Positions 30,401-38,057 of a DNA stretch of 64,000 bases are shown here, piece after piece. The notes beneath the pieces were generated by a model. It was not told the origin of the DNA and did not search any database. It worked only from the letters and a program-made list of their open reading frames with translations. The number at the start of each line of letters is the position of its first letter. Position 1 is the stretch's first letter. Where the stretch lies: NCBI GenBank assembly GCA_965246845.1, contig CBDFFR010000004.1, positions 213,361 through 277,360 of the forward strand, in the 5' to 3' direction. This stretch comes from Aggregatilineales bacterium. Its GTDB lineage: Bacteria; Chloroflexota; Anaerolineae; Aggregatilineales; UBA2796. A program made the position numbers and the translations under genes.

Positions 30401-30647
30401 GCAGGTCCAGCGCGCCTTCGGCGGGGTCGGTGGAGTCAAGTTCGGGAGCGCGTCCAAGGAGCAGACGGAAGCGCTTCAAGCCGCGCAAGCCATCGGCCAA
30501 CATGCGCCATACTTCCGGCTCGAAGAAACCGCTCGCGATGTCAAGTTCATCCTGTCCGACGTTGACGAGCAGTTCATTCAGGACGGTCACGAGGCGACGC
30601 TCTACGGTGGTGTTGTCGATGTAGTCCGGCGGGTAGTATTGGGGCAT
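27414..30647 (-). CDS. PLD(HKD)-nuclease + SNF2-family helicase fusion (DrmD-like)
   Basis: HKD motif FLHAKAYLMPNFAIVGSSNFT. SNF2 motifs DAVGLGKTYIG (I), LVDESHNFRN (II), MTATPINN (III) and QRAGRIDRLG (VI). Confidence 0.8.
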   Translation of the reverse strand: MPQYYPPDYIDNTTVERRLVTVLNELLVNVGQDELDIASGFFEPEVWRMLADGLRGLKRFRLLLGRAPELDSTDPAEGALDLRRYYRDKLRGDLEKLPLNREYARLIDDLCAFLERDSAEVRFYARSFLHAKAYLMPNFAIVGSSNFTPSGMTRRAELNITRQEGPVVRDLRENWYAGMWSEGEDQKRLLIDMLRDSKFDGARWTPHDVFIKVLYEYFKDRILPESIEARLGVELASFQQEGLREAIRLIDRHGGVIVSDAVGLGKTYIGMGLLEHYVLGKRRKGFIPKGLVICPAQLRELIWEPKLNEYGIKADVISQESLGRANFDWKAFNGYDVILVDESHNFRNPGTGRYGNLMKLLATGKPEKTVILMTATPINNSIWDLYNQLSFITRGQDAFFRDYGIRNLKGFFREVQDGGLDIFTLLEQVMVRRSRQDVKQRQAAGEEIRLPGKGVIHFPERRLHSVNYDLMTTYDGFYEQIATLIDSLHLISFNIEQHRKGDRDAESKKKLQSSEAIIAILKTLYLKRLESSLTAFRMSIEKQREYQERFYQILISQNRLLDSAANRKLLAIEGAEDDSSENVATLIDTLEEVEIGQYDLRKIRRELERDIEALDAILDKVNLIQRLDDESKRDTKLSEVKALLGGELANRKVLLFSYYRDTAQYVYDALRNDPHWQSKWSRAPIIEVIHGGSDGANRESLVRRFAPIANKGAEETVQSVLSNQPEIDILISTDVLSEGQNLQDAGVIVNFDLHWTPIRMIQRAGRIDRLGTQFAELDIYNCFPQQGLESLLGLVERLQERIRAIDTTVGLDASVLGEVIGTRSLDQLRKLRAGDSSFVEELERDAELVSTDEMKLPLTIFLQQVGLERVRAIPKGIGSGIAKSPRPSGVFFAFIAGDRHFWRLYTNEGEIISDKRRLFRYLLTPMNEKRVLPSGFEVYDLLERATDDVLKEINSAVRARSIPPRLGRLNNDLAASINQTGLFSAPIDTPEGQAGLDALRKRVTDTLQTVSLDPFRKDTHLKAIQASNREQQDTLTLIRALDEFFIENDLYREVARPSTFEQVKAEELELIAYEVFG

Positions 30648-30740
30648 GGTGTGCGGCTCTGTTCGCGATTAGGACGAAGTTGTGCGTAGTATGACACACT
30701 TCGCTGCGAAGCAGGCTGCGATTGTGATTACAAAAGCATT

Positions 30741-31031
30741 TTAGTCGCCCTGATGCGCAAGCACAATTTGCGATGGCGGTATACCCGCCGCAATAAGCGC
30801 ATCCTCAAGCGGTCTATCGGTCGTGTCCGTCTCAATGATAACCTTCTCGCCGTCGATGCGCGTCAGGAGCATGATGTGCGGTTCAATTTCACGTTTGAGC
30901 GGCACGACAAGCACGGTATCGATCTTCTGCGCGTTATCGTGAAGATAATGCAGTTTCGCATTGAGCGAACGCCCGGCATAGCTCGCTACAACGCGGCTTG
31001 TGGTTGCTTCCAAATCAATTATTCGCTCCAT
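30741..31031 (-). CDS. xisI: XisI-family protein
   Basis: 96 aa. The pattern ...RIDGEKVIIETDTTDRPLEDALIAAGIPPSQIVLA resembles XisI (DGKIWIQxDxTE...L...GVPxxDIVLAF). Overlaps xisH by 13 nt. Confidence 0.6.
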   Translation of the reverse strand: MERIIDLEATTSRVVASYAGRSLNAKLHYLHDNAQKIDTVLVVPLKREIEPHIMLLTRIDGEKVIIETDTTDRPLEDALIAAGIPPSQIVLAHQGD

Positions 31032-31441
31032 CGCACGATCTCCTCTTTTACCAGATCAACTACCAGCAACGCGATCCCGTGTTCCTTGAGAATTGTCACA
31101 ATCGCGTTATTGAAATATTTTGAATACGTGCTTTCCGGGACGGCCATGTAGATCGGTAACGCAAATCCCTCACGTTCCGATATTCCTTTGTACACGACAC
31201 ACTGCCCTATCGCTCGATGAAGTTCCGGTGTTTTCTTCGGGAGCGTAAAACATTTCACCTCAACTCCAATCTCGAATGCCTGTCGTCCGTTGGCAGGACG
31301 TGAAGCTGTCAGATCGATGTGCAGGTCATTCCCAAACGCATCCGTGATATGCAATGGGGTTGGGTCTACAACCCATTCCGCTTTGCTCAATGCACTCGCG
31401 ACCTGAAAATGGCATGTATCGAGTTCCGGCAACGGGTTCAC
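31019..31441 (-). CDS. xisH: XisH-family protein (restriction-endonuclease-like fold)
   Basis: 140 aa. FH..VA.AL.K.EW.V..DP..I......L.IDL.A...., AFEIGVEVKCF, HRAIGQCVVYK and IYMAVPESTY match the XisH family pattern as I recall it. Confidence 0.65.
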   Translation of the reverse strand: MNPLPELDTCHFQVASALSKAEWVVDPTPLHITDAFGNDLHIDLTASRPANGRQAFEIGVEVKCFTLPKKTPELHRAIGQCVVYKGISEREGFALPIYMAVPESTYSKYFNNAIVTILKEHGIALLVVDLVKEEIVRWSE

Positions 31442-31512
31442 TCCACGAATATAGGGATATTCTATCGGGTTTTGTGTAGATTATTCGACGGAACACTTGT
31501 TCAATTATAAGT

Positions 31513-32415
31513 GTGACGTATAATCACAGCACACATAGCCGAGTCAAGCGCTCTATAAACAAGCAAAAAAAGGGAACTGGACGACGGGGCATCGAGTGGA
31601 CCGATTACACATGGAACCCTGTCGGTGGTTGTCAACATCGCTGCCGCTGGACAATGCCCGATGGGACAGTCGCGGAATGCTACGCGGAAACTGTCGCGGA
31701 GCGCATCGCACAGGCATCCTATCCACATGGCTTCGAGCATCATTACTGGCGACCGGAATCGCTCAACGAGCCGCTCAAAGTCAAAGCACCTTCGCGTATC
31801 TTCCTCGACTCGATGTCGGACCTGATGGGGCATTGGGTCCCGGAAGAGCAGATTTTGCAGGTTCTGGATGTCTGCCGCCGCGCACCCTGGCATCAATTCC
31901 AGCTCCTCACCAAAAACGCGCCGCGCCTGCGCGAATTCGAGTTCCCATCGAATGTGTGGGTTGGAGTGAGCGCCCCGCCGACCTCAATGTTTGGAAAGCC
32001 GCTGACCTTTCGGCAGCAGCAGCGAATGGTTGAAACAATGATGTCTGTTCTGGAAAAAGTTGATGTTCCAGTGCGCTGGATGAGCATCGAACCCCTGAGT
32101 TTCGATATTGCGCCGCTGCTCGTCGGAAGCCCGCTTGAATGGGCGGTTATTGGAGCAGCAACCAATGGCGTCGCGACCTACCAGCCGAAAGAAGAATGGG
32201 TGACAAACGTGTTGAGTGTCCTCGACGCTCAGAATACCCAAGTGTTCTTCAAGGGCAATCTGGATTGGCAGCCTTGGTGCGAAAATTTGCCGATTGTTAT
32301 GTCACCGGTGGCAACCTACAACGTTTTCGATAGTAATTCAAAAGTTGTATTTCAATCTCAGAAAAATTTGGACGAATATACGGCCATCCCTCGTCGTCCT
32401 CAGGCGCATGTGTGA
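31513..32415 (+). CDS. Phage Gp37/Gp68 family (DUF5131) protein
   Basis: IEWTDYTWNPVGGCQHRCRWTMPDGTVAECYAE (Cx3Cx10C), FLDSMSDL, LLTKN and SIEPL. GTG start at 13 of 31513. The 3' tail overlaps the convergent HEPN-like ORF by 119 nt. Confidence 0.7.
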   Translation: MTYNHSTHSRVKRSINKQKKGTGRRGIEWTDYTWNPVGGCQHRCRWTMPDGTVAECYAETVAERIAQASYPHGFEHHYWRPESLNEPLKVKAPSRIFLDSMSDLMGHWVPEEQILQVLDVCRRAPWHQFQLLTKNAPRLREFEFPSNVWVGVSAPPTSMFGKPLTFRQQQRMVETMMSVLEKVDVPVRWMSIEPLSFDIAPLLVGSPLEWAVIGAATNGVATYQPKEEWVTNVLSVLDAQNTQVFFKGNLDWQPWCENLPIVMSPVATYNVFDSNSKVVFQSQKNLDEYTAIPRRPQAHV

Positions 32416-33082
32416 CTGGCGCGTGTTCTACAATCAGGTCCAGTAATTTGTCAAGCGGCGTATCTTTTTCAAAACCCGTACCATAACTAAGATAAGCAAA
32501 GGAGCTGTAGGCTGGTGAGCAAAGCAGGTTGAATAGATGTTCAGCAGAGTTCATCAAGGCTCTTAAATTCGACAACTCTATATTGTCGAATTTCTTCTCA
32601 TATTTTGGATTGAGGCTCAGATGTGCAAAACGGTTGTTCCTTAATGCCTTAATTTGCTCACTCAGACTTTGAATTTGCTTGTCAAAACTAGAGCGCTTCA
32701 AATGCTCATTAAATTTGCTGATACTCTCTTGGTCGCGTAGGCGGGAGCTAATCTGGGTGCGAAAGTTCCCAATCGTAAGAACGTCTTTGCGAGGATCGAC
32801 AAAGAGGGTAAATGTGCTAACAATTACATATTCAAGCAGCGTAACTTTAACGACTTTCCAGAAGACGTAATCTTCTGGTACAAGAAATAGACCGAATGGA
32901 AATCTATGCAGACGTTCAAAGATAAGCAGACGCATTTCGAGGGCGATCATTTCCGTATACAACGACTCCTGTAGACGTTCATATTCAGGAGCCCACTCAG
33001 GTTGCAGCAGCGCTCGTATGTCAAGCAGGTTGTCTTCGTCGTCATCTGGAAGAGCGAAAACTATTCCATCTAAGCTGTCCAT
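32297..33082 (-). CDS. HEPN-like (AbiU2-type) protein
   Basis: 261 aa, AT-richer than its neighbours. Rx4-6H motif in IKALRNNRFAHLSL, of the R[N]xxxAH type seen in Abi/HEPN RNases. Overlaps the upstream ORF by 13 nt. Confidence 0.45.
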   Translation of the reverse strand: MDSLDGIVFALPDDDEDNLLDIRALLQPEWAPEYERLQESLYTEMIALEMRLLIFERLHRFPFGLFLVPEDYVFWKVVKVTLLEYVIVSTFTLFVDPRKDVLTIGNFRTQISSRLRDQESISKFNEHLKRSSFDKQIQSLSEQIKALRNNRFAHLSLNPKYEKKFDNIELSNLRALMNSAEHLFNLLCSPAYSSFAYLSYGTGFEKDTPLDKLLDLIVEHAPVTHAPEDDEGWPYIRPNFSEIEIQLLNYYRKRCRLPPVT

Positions 33083-33663
33083 GGATGTGTCTTCGCAATA
33101 TCGATGCCTTGCAAGTGCTTCGAGAGACGACCCAACCGCGCCGCAAACTGCTGATTCATATATGCCCTGATTTCCTGTAGTAGCGTATTTACAGCCAGTG
33201 TCATCGCCTGCTCATTGTTCTCACCCTTTACGTGAACGTGTACATCTCTTTGCCCGAACCCCGCCCCTGAAAGGGTCAAAGATGCAGGCGAGAACGAGCG
33301 AACACGCGGACCAATTGATGAAATGCTTGAAATTTTCAGGGCAACAGGTTGCCCGCGCGCTCCGGGATCGTCGATACCACGCGCGATGAGGCCAAGCGCA
33401 TGAGAATACTGATTTTCAAAAAAGACAACAAAATCATTGTAGAGTGTCATCATCACCTGAATTGTTTGCTCCTGCGTTTGTCCATCGAAAAACACCTTGA
33501 AAGTTGCCTTGTCATTTAGCTCCGTTGAGAAGAAACGCAGTTCGGAGTGCCAGCGCTCCGAAGTTGGTGCATTCTCATTTACGTAGGTTGTGATTTCGGC
33601 TGTTACAGCCTGACTGTTCGCTAATTGCACAGTCGAGACAGGTTTTGCGTTGTGCATCGTCAT
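33070..33663 (-). CDS. Hypothetical 197-aa protein translationally coupled to the methyltransferase
   Basis: The ATG at 33663-33661 overlaps the MTase stop (ATGA). The listed 252-aa ORF is an N-terminal extension into the MTase gene. No motif recognised. Confidence 0.5.
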   Translation of the reverse strand: MTMHNAKPVSTVQLANSQAVTAEITTYVNENAPTSERWHSELRFFSTELNDKATFKVFFDGQTQEQTIQVMMTLYNDFVVFFENQYSHALGLIARGIDDPGARGQPVALKISSISSIGPRVRSFSPASLTLSGAGFGQRDVHVHVKGENNEQAMTLAVNTLLQEIRAYMNQQFAARLGRLSKHLQGIDIAKTHPWTA

Positions 33664-36600
33664 TCCTCGTTGTTTTCGATTGCTGCCAAAGTTTCTGTCA
33701 TCACGCCCGCCGTCCCCTCCACCAGCGCGATCTCCGCCTCCGTCAACCCATAGGCCGTATAGACCGCCGCGTTCAACTCCGCTTCCAGCTTCGACAGCCG
33801 CGCCGCATCGTGCGCCGCCGCGAGGCACGCACGCGCGAGGTCTGCGATTTGCGCGCGGAGTGGGTCGGGTGGGTTGGGGATGGGGAGTTGTTCGACATAT
33901 TGAGTAAAGAAGCGCAAGTATCCGCCTCTTATTTTCTGATCCGACAAATTACGATAGAGCCATTCAACAACGGTTGAATTTAACACGCCTAAAACGTAAA
34001 AATCAGCAATTGGTAGGAAGTAAACAGTATTCGCGCAAAATGTACCTTGTTCATCTATAACAAAACGAAAGTCATTCGCAATGTCTGGATATACTATTTT
34101 GGGCATGTCAAATTGATGGTAAATGCCCATTTGTGGTTGTTGAAGCTCATACCAAGCGTGATTTGCACTGGTGGCTCGTGCCTCCAACTGTGGCTTGAAA
34201 CGTCGCAGGTGTTCTTCTATTGCAGGGTAAGCTATGATGTTCAACCCTCTTTTAGCGAAAATCAAATAACTACCTTGATGACCAATCTTCCAGCGCTTAA
34301 TGTCCTTCCCGACGACAAACGGCTTAATAACTTCCGCGCTCTTCGAGTCGGCGGCGATGAGTTCCGCGCGTTTGTCGCCATCAATGACGAAAGCCTCATT
34401 TAATCCTGTAACTACGCCACGAAATATTTTTCCATCGACGTAAGTTTTAAGTGGCGCTCCTAAATGCTTGATCTTTTCGAGCAACGTAGCATTTCGCTCG
34501 TTGGTGAGCGTCCATTGGGAGCCATTTAGCGCAGTTTGCGGCAGTGATTGGCCTGTTAATTTTATAACGGCACGTAAATCCATATCATCGCGCCAATCTT
34601 CAATTTTCGTGAAGTGTGTTATGTCACCTCGTTGTTTGTGTAGCACCAATACGAGTGGATAGGTTGTCGCGTCTTTGAACACAGGCGCATCATCGAAATC
34701 TGTCAACTGCTGAACGTGAAATTGCGCCAAGTATTTACGCAAATTCGCGCCGTATCCACCTTTGATGAACTTATTCGGGCTGATAAATGCGAGTGTTCCA
34801 CCATCGCGGAGAAGTTGAATTGCACGCGCATAGAAATAGACGTAAAGATCGGCGCGCGCGGAGAACACTTCGGGGTAGGTTTTCTCTAGTTCGGCACGTA
34901 TGCCCTTAAATTTATCCATGCTTACGTAAGGCGGGTTGGCGACCACAATATCGAAGCCGCCGCGAGCCGCGAAAACCGTGTGGAAGTGCAGGCGGTAGAG
35001 GAAGAAGGGGAGCGGCTTCGTCAGGTCGCGCATCTGCGCTTCGATTTCGCCGAGGCGGGCATAGCGGACGGCTGCGGAGTCGAGGGTGCGTTTATCCTTC
35101 GCGGAGAGGACGCCGTTTTGCTGACCGCTTTTCTTTCCATAGATATTGACCTGCTCTTTGGCGGCGTCAATCTTCACGGCGAGGGCGTTGAGGGCGATCT
35201 CGCGTTCGCGGATGACAATTTCGGCGCGCAGTTCGCGGCGTTCATCGGGCGCGGCACGGAAGAAACGGCGGTGCAGCGTATCGAAGTCCTCACGCGAGCG
35301 CTGCACGGCCTTTTCACTCTCAAAGAGCGCCATTTTTCCCTGCACGGCGTCGCCGATCAGGTTTTGCTGGACGAGGGCTTGCGGGTCGGCGGCGAAGAGC
35401 GATTCGGAGCCAGCGGTGAGGATCGACTCGCCATCCAGCGTTTCGATCAGGCTGTCGCCAACCATCAGCTTGTATTCGAGGTTGGGGAGCGGGCGGGCTT
35501 GTTCGAGGGTCTGATCGACGACGAGGGCGAGCCACAGGCGAAGCTGCGCGACCTCGACGGCTTCCGGCTTGAGGTCCACGCCATAGAGCGTGTCGCGGAT
35601 GATGGCTTCCTTCCAATCGGCAACCTGCGCGGGCGTGACGGCGACTCCGTTGGCGAGGGCGCAGGCACGGCGCAGGCGCAGAATTTCGGTCATCATACCG
35701 ATCAGGAAGCTGCCGGAGCCGACGGCGGGGTCGAGGACGGTGAGGGTATCGAGGGCGGCGGAGATGCGGTCGGCTTCGGCGGGGGTCAGCGCGGTGGGTT
35801 GCTCCGCATCGAAGAGGGCTTGCGCACGTTCGCGGGGAACATCGGCGCGGGTCGCGAGGTAGCCGGCGAGCGCTTCCTGACACATATAGGCGACGATCAC
35901 GCGCGGGGTGTAGAAGGAGCCAGATTGCCCGCGATCCTGCGCCTGGAGCTGGTTCTCGAAGACCTTGCCCAACATTTCGGGGTCCACCGCGACATCGAGT
36001 TCGAGGGGCGTGTCTTCACTGACGGTGAAGTTGTAGCGGTTGAGGAAGGCGAGAATGCCCGTGTCGCCCATCGGGTCGAAGAGCGAGTCCGGGAGGATGA
36101 GCGTCCCGGCGGGGTCGCGGGCGGGGTCGAAGAGACCTCCATTGAGGTATGGGATTGTTTCCCAGCCGCGCGTCCATGAGGGCAAGGCGCGGCGGTCGGG
36201 CGGGGTGTTCATCGTCTCGAAGAAGACCGGGGCGAGGACCTCCGTATAATAGTGGAAGGTCTCGACGTTCGGCGGGGTGTTATCCGCGTCGTGGCGCAAC
36301 ATGCAGAGGCGGTATTGTTCGGTGAGGAAGCGCTGCCCGCCCGCAAGCCAGCCCTTGCGCTGGAGGAAGTAGAGGAACATCAGGCGTCCGAGGAGGCGTT
36401 GGGCGAAGGCGCGCAGCTTGTCGGCTTCGTAGAATTCGCGAACGCCGGGGTTGTACTTTCGGGCGGCTTCGATGACGGCGCGGAAGAACTCGCTGTACTG
36501 GCGGTCGAACTTGCGGGTGAGGGCAGTCACGCTGAAGGCGTCGCGTTGCGCATCGTAGACCTGGATGCCGCCCCGGTTCCATGCGGCGAGGGTGCTCAGG

Positions 36601-37019
36601 GTATCGACATCGTGGCGGGTCGCGTCGGTGGTGACGAGTTTGAGTTTGTTGAGGCGCAAGCTGGATTTGGTGGCGGAGCCTGCGAAACGCGGGTCAATGA
36701 AGACGACTTCGCGGTAATCAGCGGTGACGACGAGCAGACAGGTTCCGCGACTGAGCAGGTTATAGGCGATGCCGCGCAGGTGGGATGGGCGCGGATCGCG
36801 GGTTTCGAGCAGGTAAATGGTGTGCAGGTCGCGTTTGGCAAGGATGTACAGCTTCGCGATGTCAGCGCGTTCGGGGGCGGTGAAGTCGAAGGCGTCCAGA
36901 CCGTCGGCCTCGAAAGGGTCTGCGTCACCGGGTTGGTAGCCGAGGCGCTCAAAGAGCGTGACGACATCGGCGGCGGTGTGGAGCGCGAGGTGAGCGAAGG
37001 TGATCGAGTCGTTGGGCAT
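33660..37019 (-). CDS. Large N6-adenine DNA methyltransferase, Eco57I/PglX/DrmMI-like, with no obvious nuclease motif
   Basis: SAM motif VLDPAVGSGSFL. Catalytic motif DIVVANPPYVSM. N-terminal region ...RLMFLYFLQRKGWL... is typical of the type IIG/BREX-PglX-like family. C-terminal TRD-like region. Confidence 0.8.
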   Translation of the reverse strand: MPNDSITFAHLALHTAADVVTLFERLGYQPGDADPFEADGLDAFDFTAPERADIAKLYILAKRDLHTIYLLETRDPRPSHLRGIAYNLLSRGTCLLVVTADYREVVFIDPRFAGSATKSSLRLNKLKLVTTDATRHDVDTLSTLAAWNRGGIQVYDAQRDAFSVTALTRKFDRQYSEFFRAVIEAARKYNPGVREFYEADKLRAFAQRLLGRLMFLYFLQRKGWLAGGQRFLTEQYRLCMLRHDADNTPPNVETFHYYTEVLAPVFFETMNTPPDRRALPSWTRGWETIPYLNGGLFDPARDPAGTLILPDSLFDPMGDTGILAFLNRYNFTVSEDTPLELDVAVDPEMLGKVFENQLQAQDRGQSGSFYTPRVIVAYMCQEALAGYLATRADVPRERAQALFDAEQPTALTPAEADRISAALDTLTVLDPAVGSGSFLIGMMTEILRLRRACALANGVAVTPAQVADWKEAIIRDTLYGVDLKPEAVEVAQLRLWLALVVDQTLEQARPLPNLEYKLMVGDSLIETLDGESILTAGSESLFAADPQALVQQNLIGDAVQGKMALFESEKAVQRSREDFDTLHRRFFRAAPDERRELRAEIVIREREIALNALAVKIDAAKEQVNIYGKKSGQQNGVLSAKDKRTLDSAAVRYARLGEIEAQMRDLTKPLPFFLYRLHFHTVFAARGGFDIVVANPPYVSMDKFKGIRAELEKTYPEVFSARADLYVYFYARAIQLLRDGGTLAFISPNKFIKGGYGANLRKYLAQFHVQQLTDFDDAPVFKDATTYPLVLVLHKQRGDITHFTKIEDWRDDMDLRAVIKLTGQSLPQTALNGSQWTLTNERNATLLEKIKHLGAPLKTYVDGKIFRGVVTGLNEAFVIDGDKRAELIAADSKSAEVIKPFVVGKDIKRWKIGHQGSYLIFAKRGLNIIAYPAIEEHLRRFKPQLEARATSANHAWYELQQPQMGIYHQFDMPKIVYPDIANDFRFVIDEQGTFCANTVYFLPIADFYVLGVLNSTVVEWLYRNLSDQKIRGGYLRFFTQYVEQLPIPNPPDPLRAQIADLARACLAAAHDAARLSKLEAELNAAVYTAYGLTEAEIALVEGTAGVMTETLAAIENNEE

Positions 37020-37169
37020 GGTGTGCTTCGGAGAATATTTGGTGGCGGTAGTTTACCGCGTTCGGCAGGGGCATGTGACTGAGTTGGGGAATCGTTATGA
37101 GTTTAATACGACAGGTGAGCGCAGGTACACATCGCACGCCATAAAATAGGGACAAAACGCGAGTGGAAA

Positions 37170-37919
37170 TTGATGGCATCCGAAACAAGATTTGGCATTC
37201 TACGAAATGTGCTGCGCGCATTCGGGCTTCCGCAAGACGCCGTGGATGATGTTGTGAACTGGATTGTGGACCTGCTCGCGGGTAAGAGCGAATCTGCTGG
37301 GCAACAGTCGCCGGAGTTTCCGTATCATTTGCGTCCGGGGCTGCTGTCGCCTGCGGAGCTGTGTTTCTATGAGACGTTGAAGTTGGCCGTCGATGAGCGC
37401 GCGGTGGTGAATGCGAAGGTCGGCCTGGGTGACATCTTCATGGTCAAAAGCGACGATCAGAGCCGTTACCGTATTTACACAAACAAAATCGACCGCAAGC
37501 ACGTCGATTTTCTGCTGTGTGACCCGAAAACCATGCGCCCGCTGGTGGGCATCGAACTGGATGATAAGAGCCATCAGCGGGCAGATCGGCAAGCGCGCGA
37601 TGAATTCATTGACAAGGTCTATCAGGCTGCGGGACTTCCCATATTGCATGTTCCCGCGAAGCGGAGCTATGAAGCAGGGGAGGTGGCTGCACAGATTGCA
37701 TCCTACTTGAGTGCTGCACCTGTTTCCCTCGTCCAAGTGCCTCCGGTCCGAGCGGAGTTACCTTCCATCTCAGTGCCAACACCGCAAGGGTCGCCACGTT
37801 GTCCCAAATGCGGCGGGGAGATGGTCCTGCGGACGGCCAAGAGCGGCGCGAATGCGGGTGGGCAGTTTTGGGGCTGCGCGAGTTATCCGGGCTGCCGTTC
37901 GATGCTGCCGTACCGGTGA
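37170..37919 (+). CDS. DUF2726 (endonuclease-like) protein with C-terminal topoisomerase-type zinc ribbon
   Basis: LLSPAELCFYETLKLAV...KHVDFLLCDPKTMRPLVGIELDDKSH (DUF2726 pattern). CPKCGGEMVLRTAKSGANAGGQFWGCASYPGC (C4 zinc ribbon). Confidence 0.65.
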   Translation: MMASETRFGILRNVLRAFGLPQDAVDDVVNWIVDLLAGKSESAGQQSPEFPYHLRPGLLSPAELCFYETLKLAVDERAVVNAKVGLGDIFMVKSDDQSRYRIYTNKIDRKHVDFLLCDPKTMRPLVGIELDDKSHQRADRQARDEFIDKVYQAAGLPILHVPAKRSYEAGEVAAQIASYLSAAPVSLVQVPPVRAELPSISVPTPQGSPRCPKCGGEMVLRTAKSGANAGGQFWGCASYPGCRSMLPYR

Positions 37920-38057
37920 AGTGAGTATGCCTGTTTAGCATATTGAACATGGCTAATGTAATCATACCTCGACCAATCGGAAGACGAAGGGGTCTTCTAA
38001 ATTTCTTCCACATCACAACTTCAACACAAATCTCGTTGTACCAATGACAAAGTCGGT

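Noticed and set aside
27948-30689. Long plus-strand ORFs (27948..29054, 29112..30689) opposite the SNF2/PLD gene
   Set aside because: They are antisense shadow ORFs of a GC-rich gene. Their translations are low-complexity (Arg/Ala/Val/Asp-rich) with no motifs, whereas the minus-strand frame has complete HKD and SNF2 motif sets.
33664-33828. N-terminal extension of ORF 33070..33828 (Gly/Arg-rich MPRGGARCGAAVEAGSG...)
   Set aside because: It lies inside the methyltransferase coding region in another frame. The internal ATG at 33663 gives the classic ATGA stop-start overlap.
34980-37082. Long plus-strand ORFs (34980..36179, 36252..37082) and minus-strand alternative frames inside the methyltransferase gene
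   Set aside because: Same shadow-ORF pattern. The 1119-aa minus-strand frame carries the SAM-binding and NPPY motifs.
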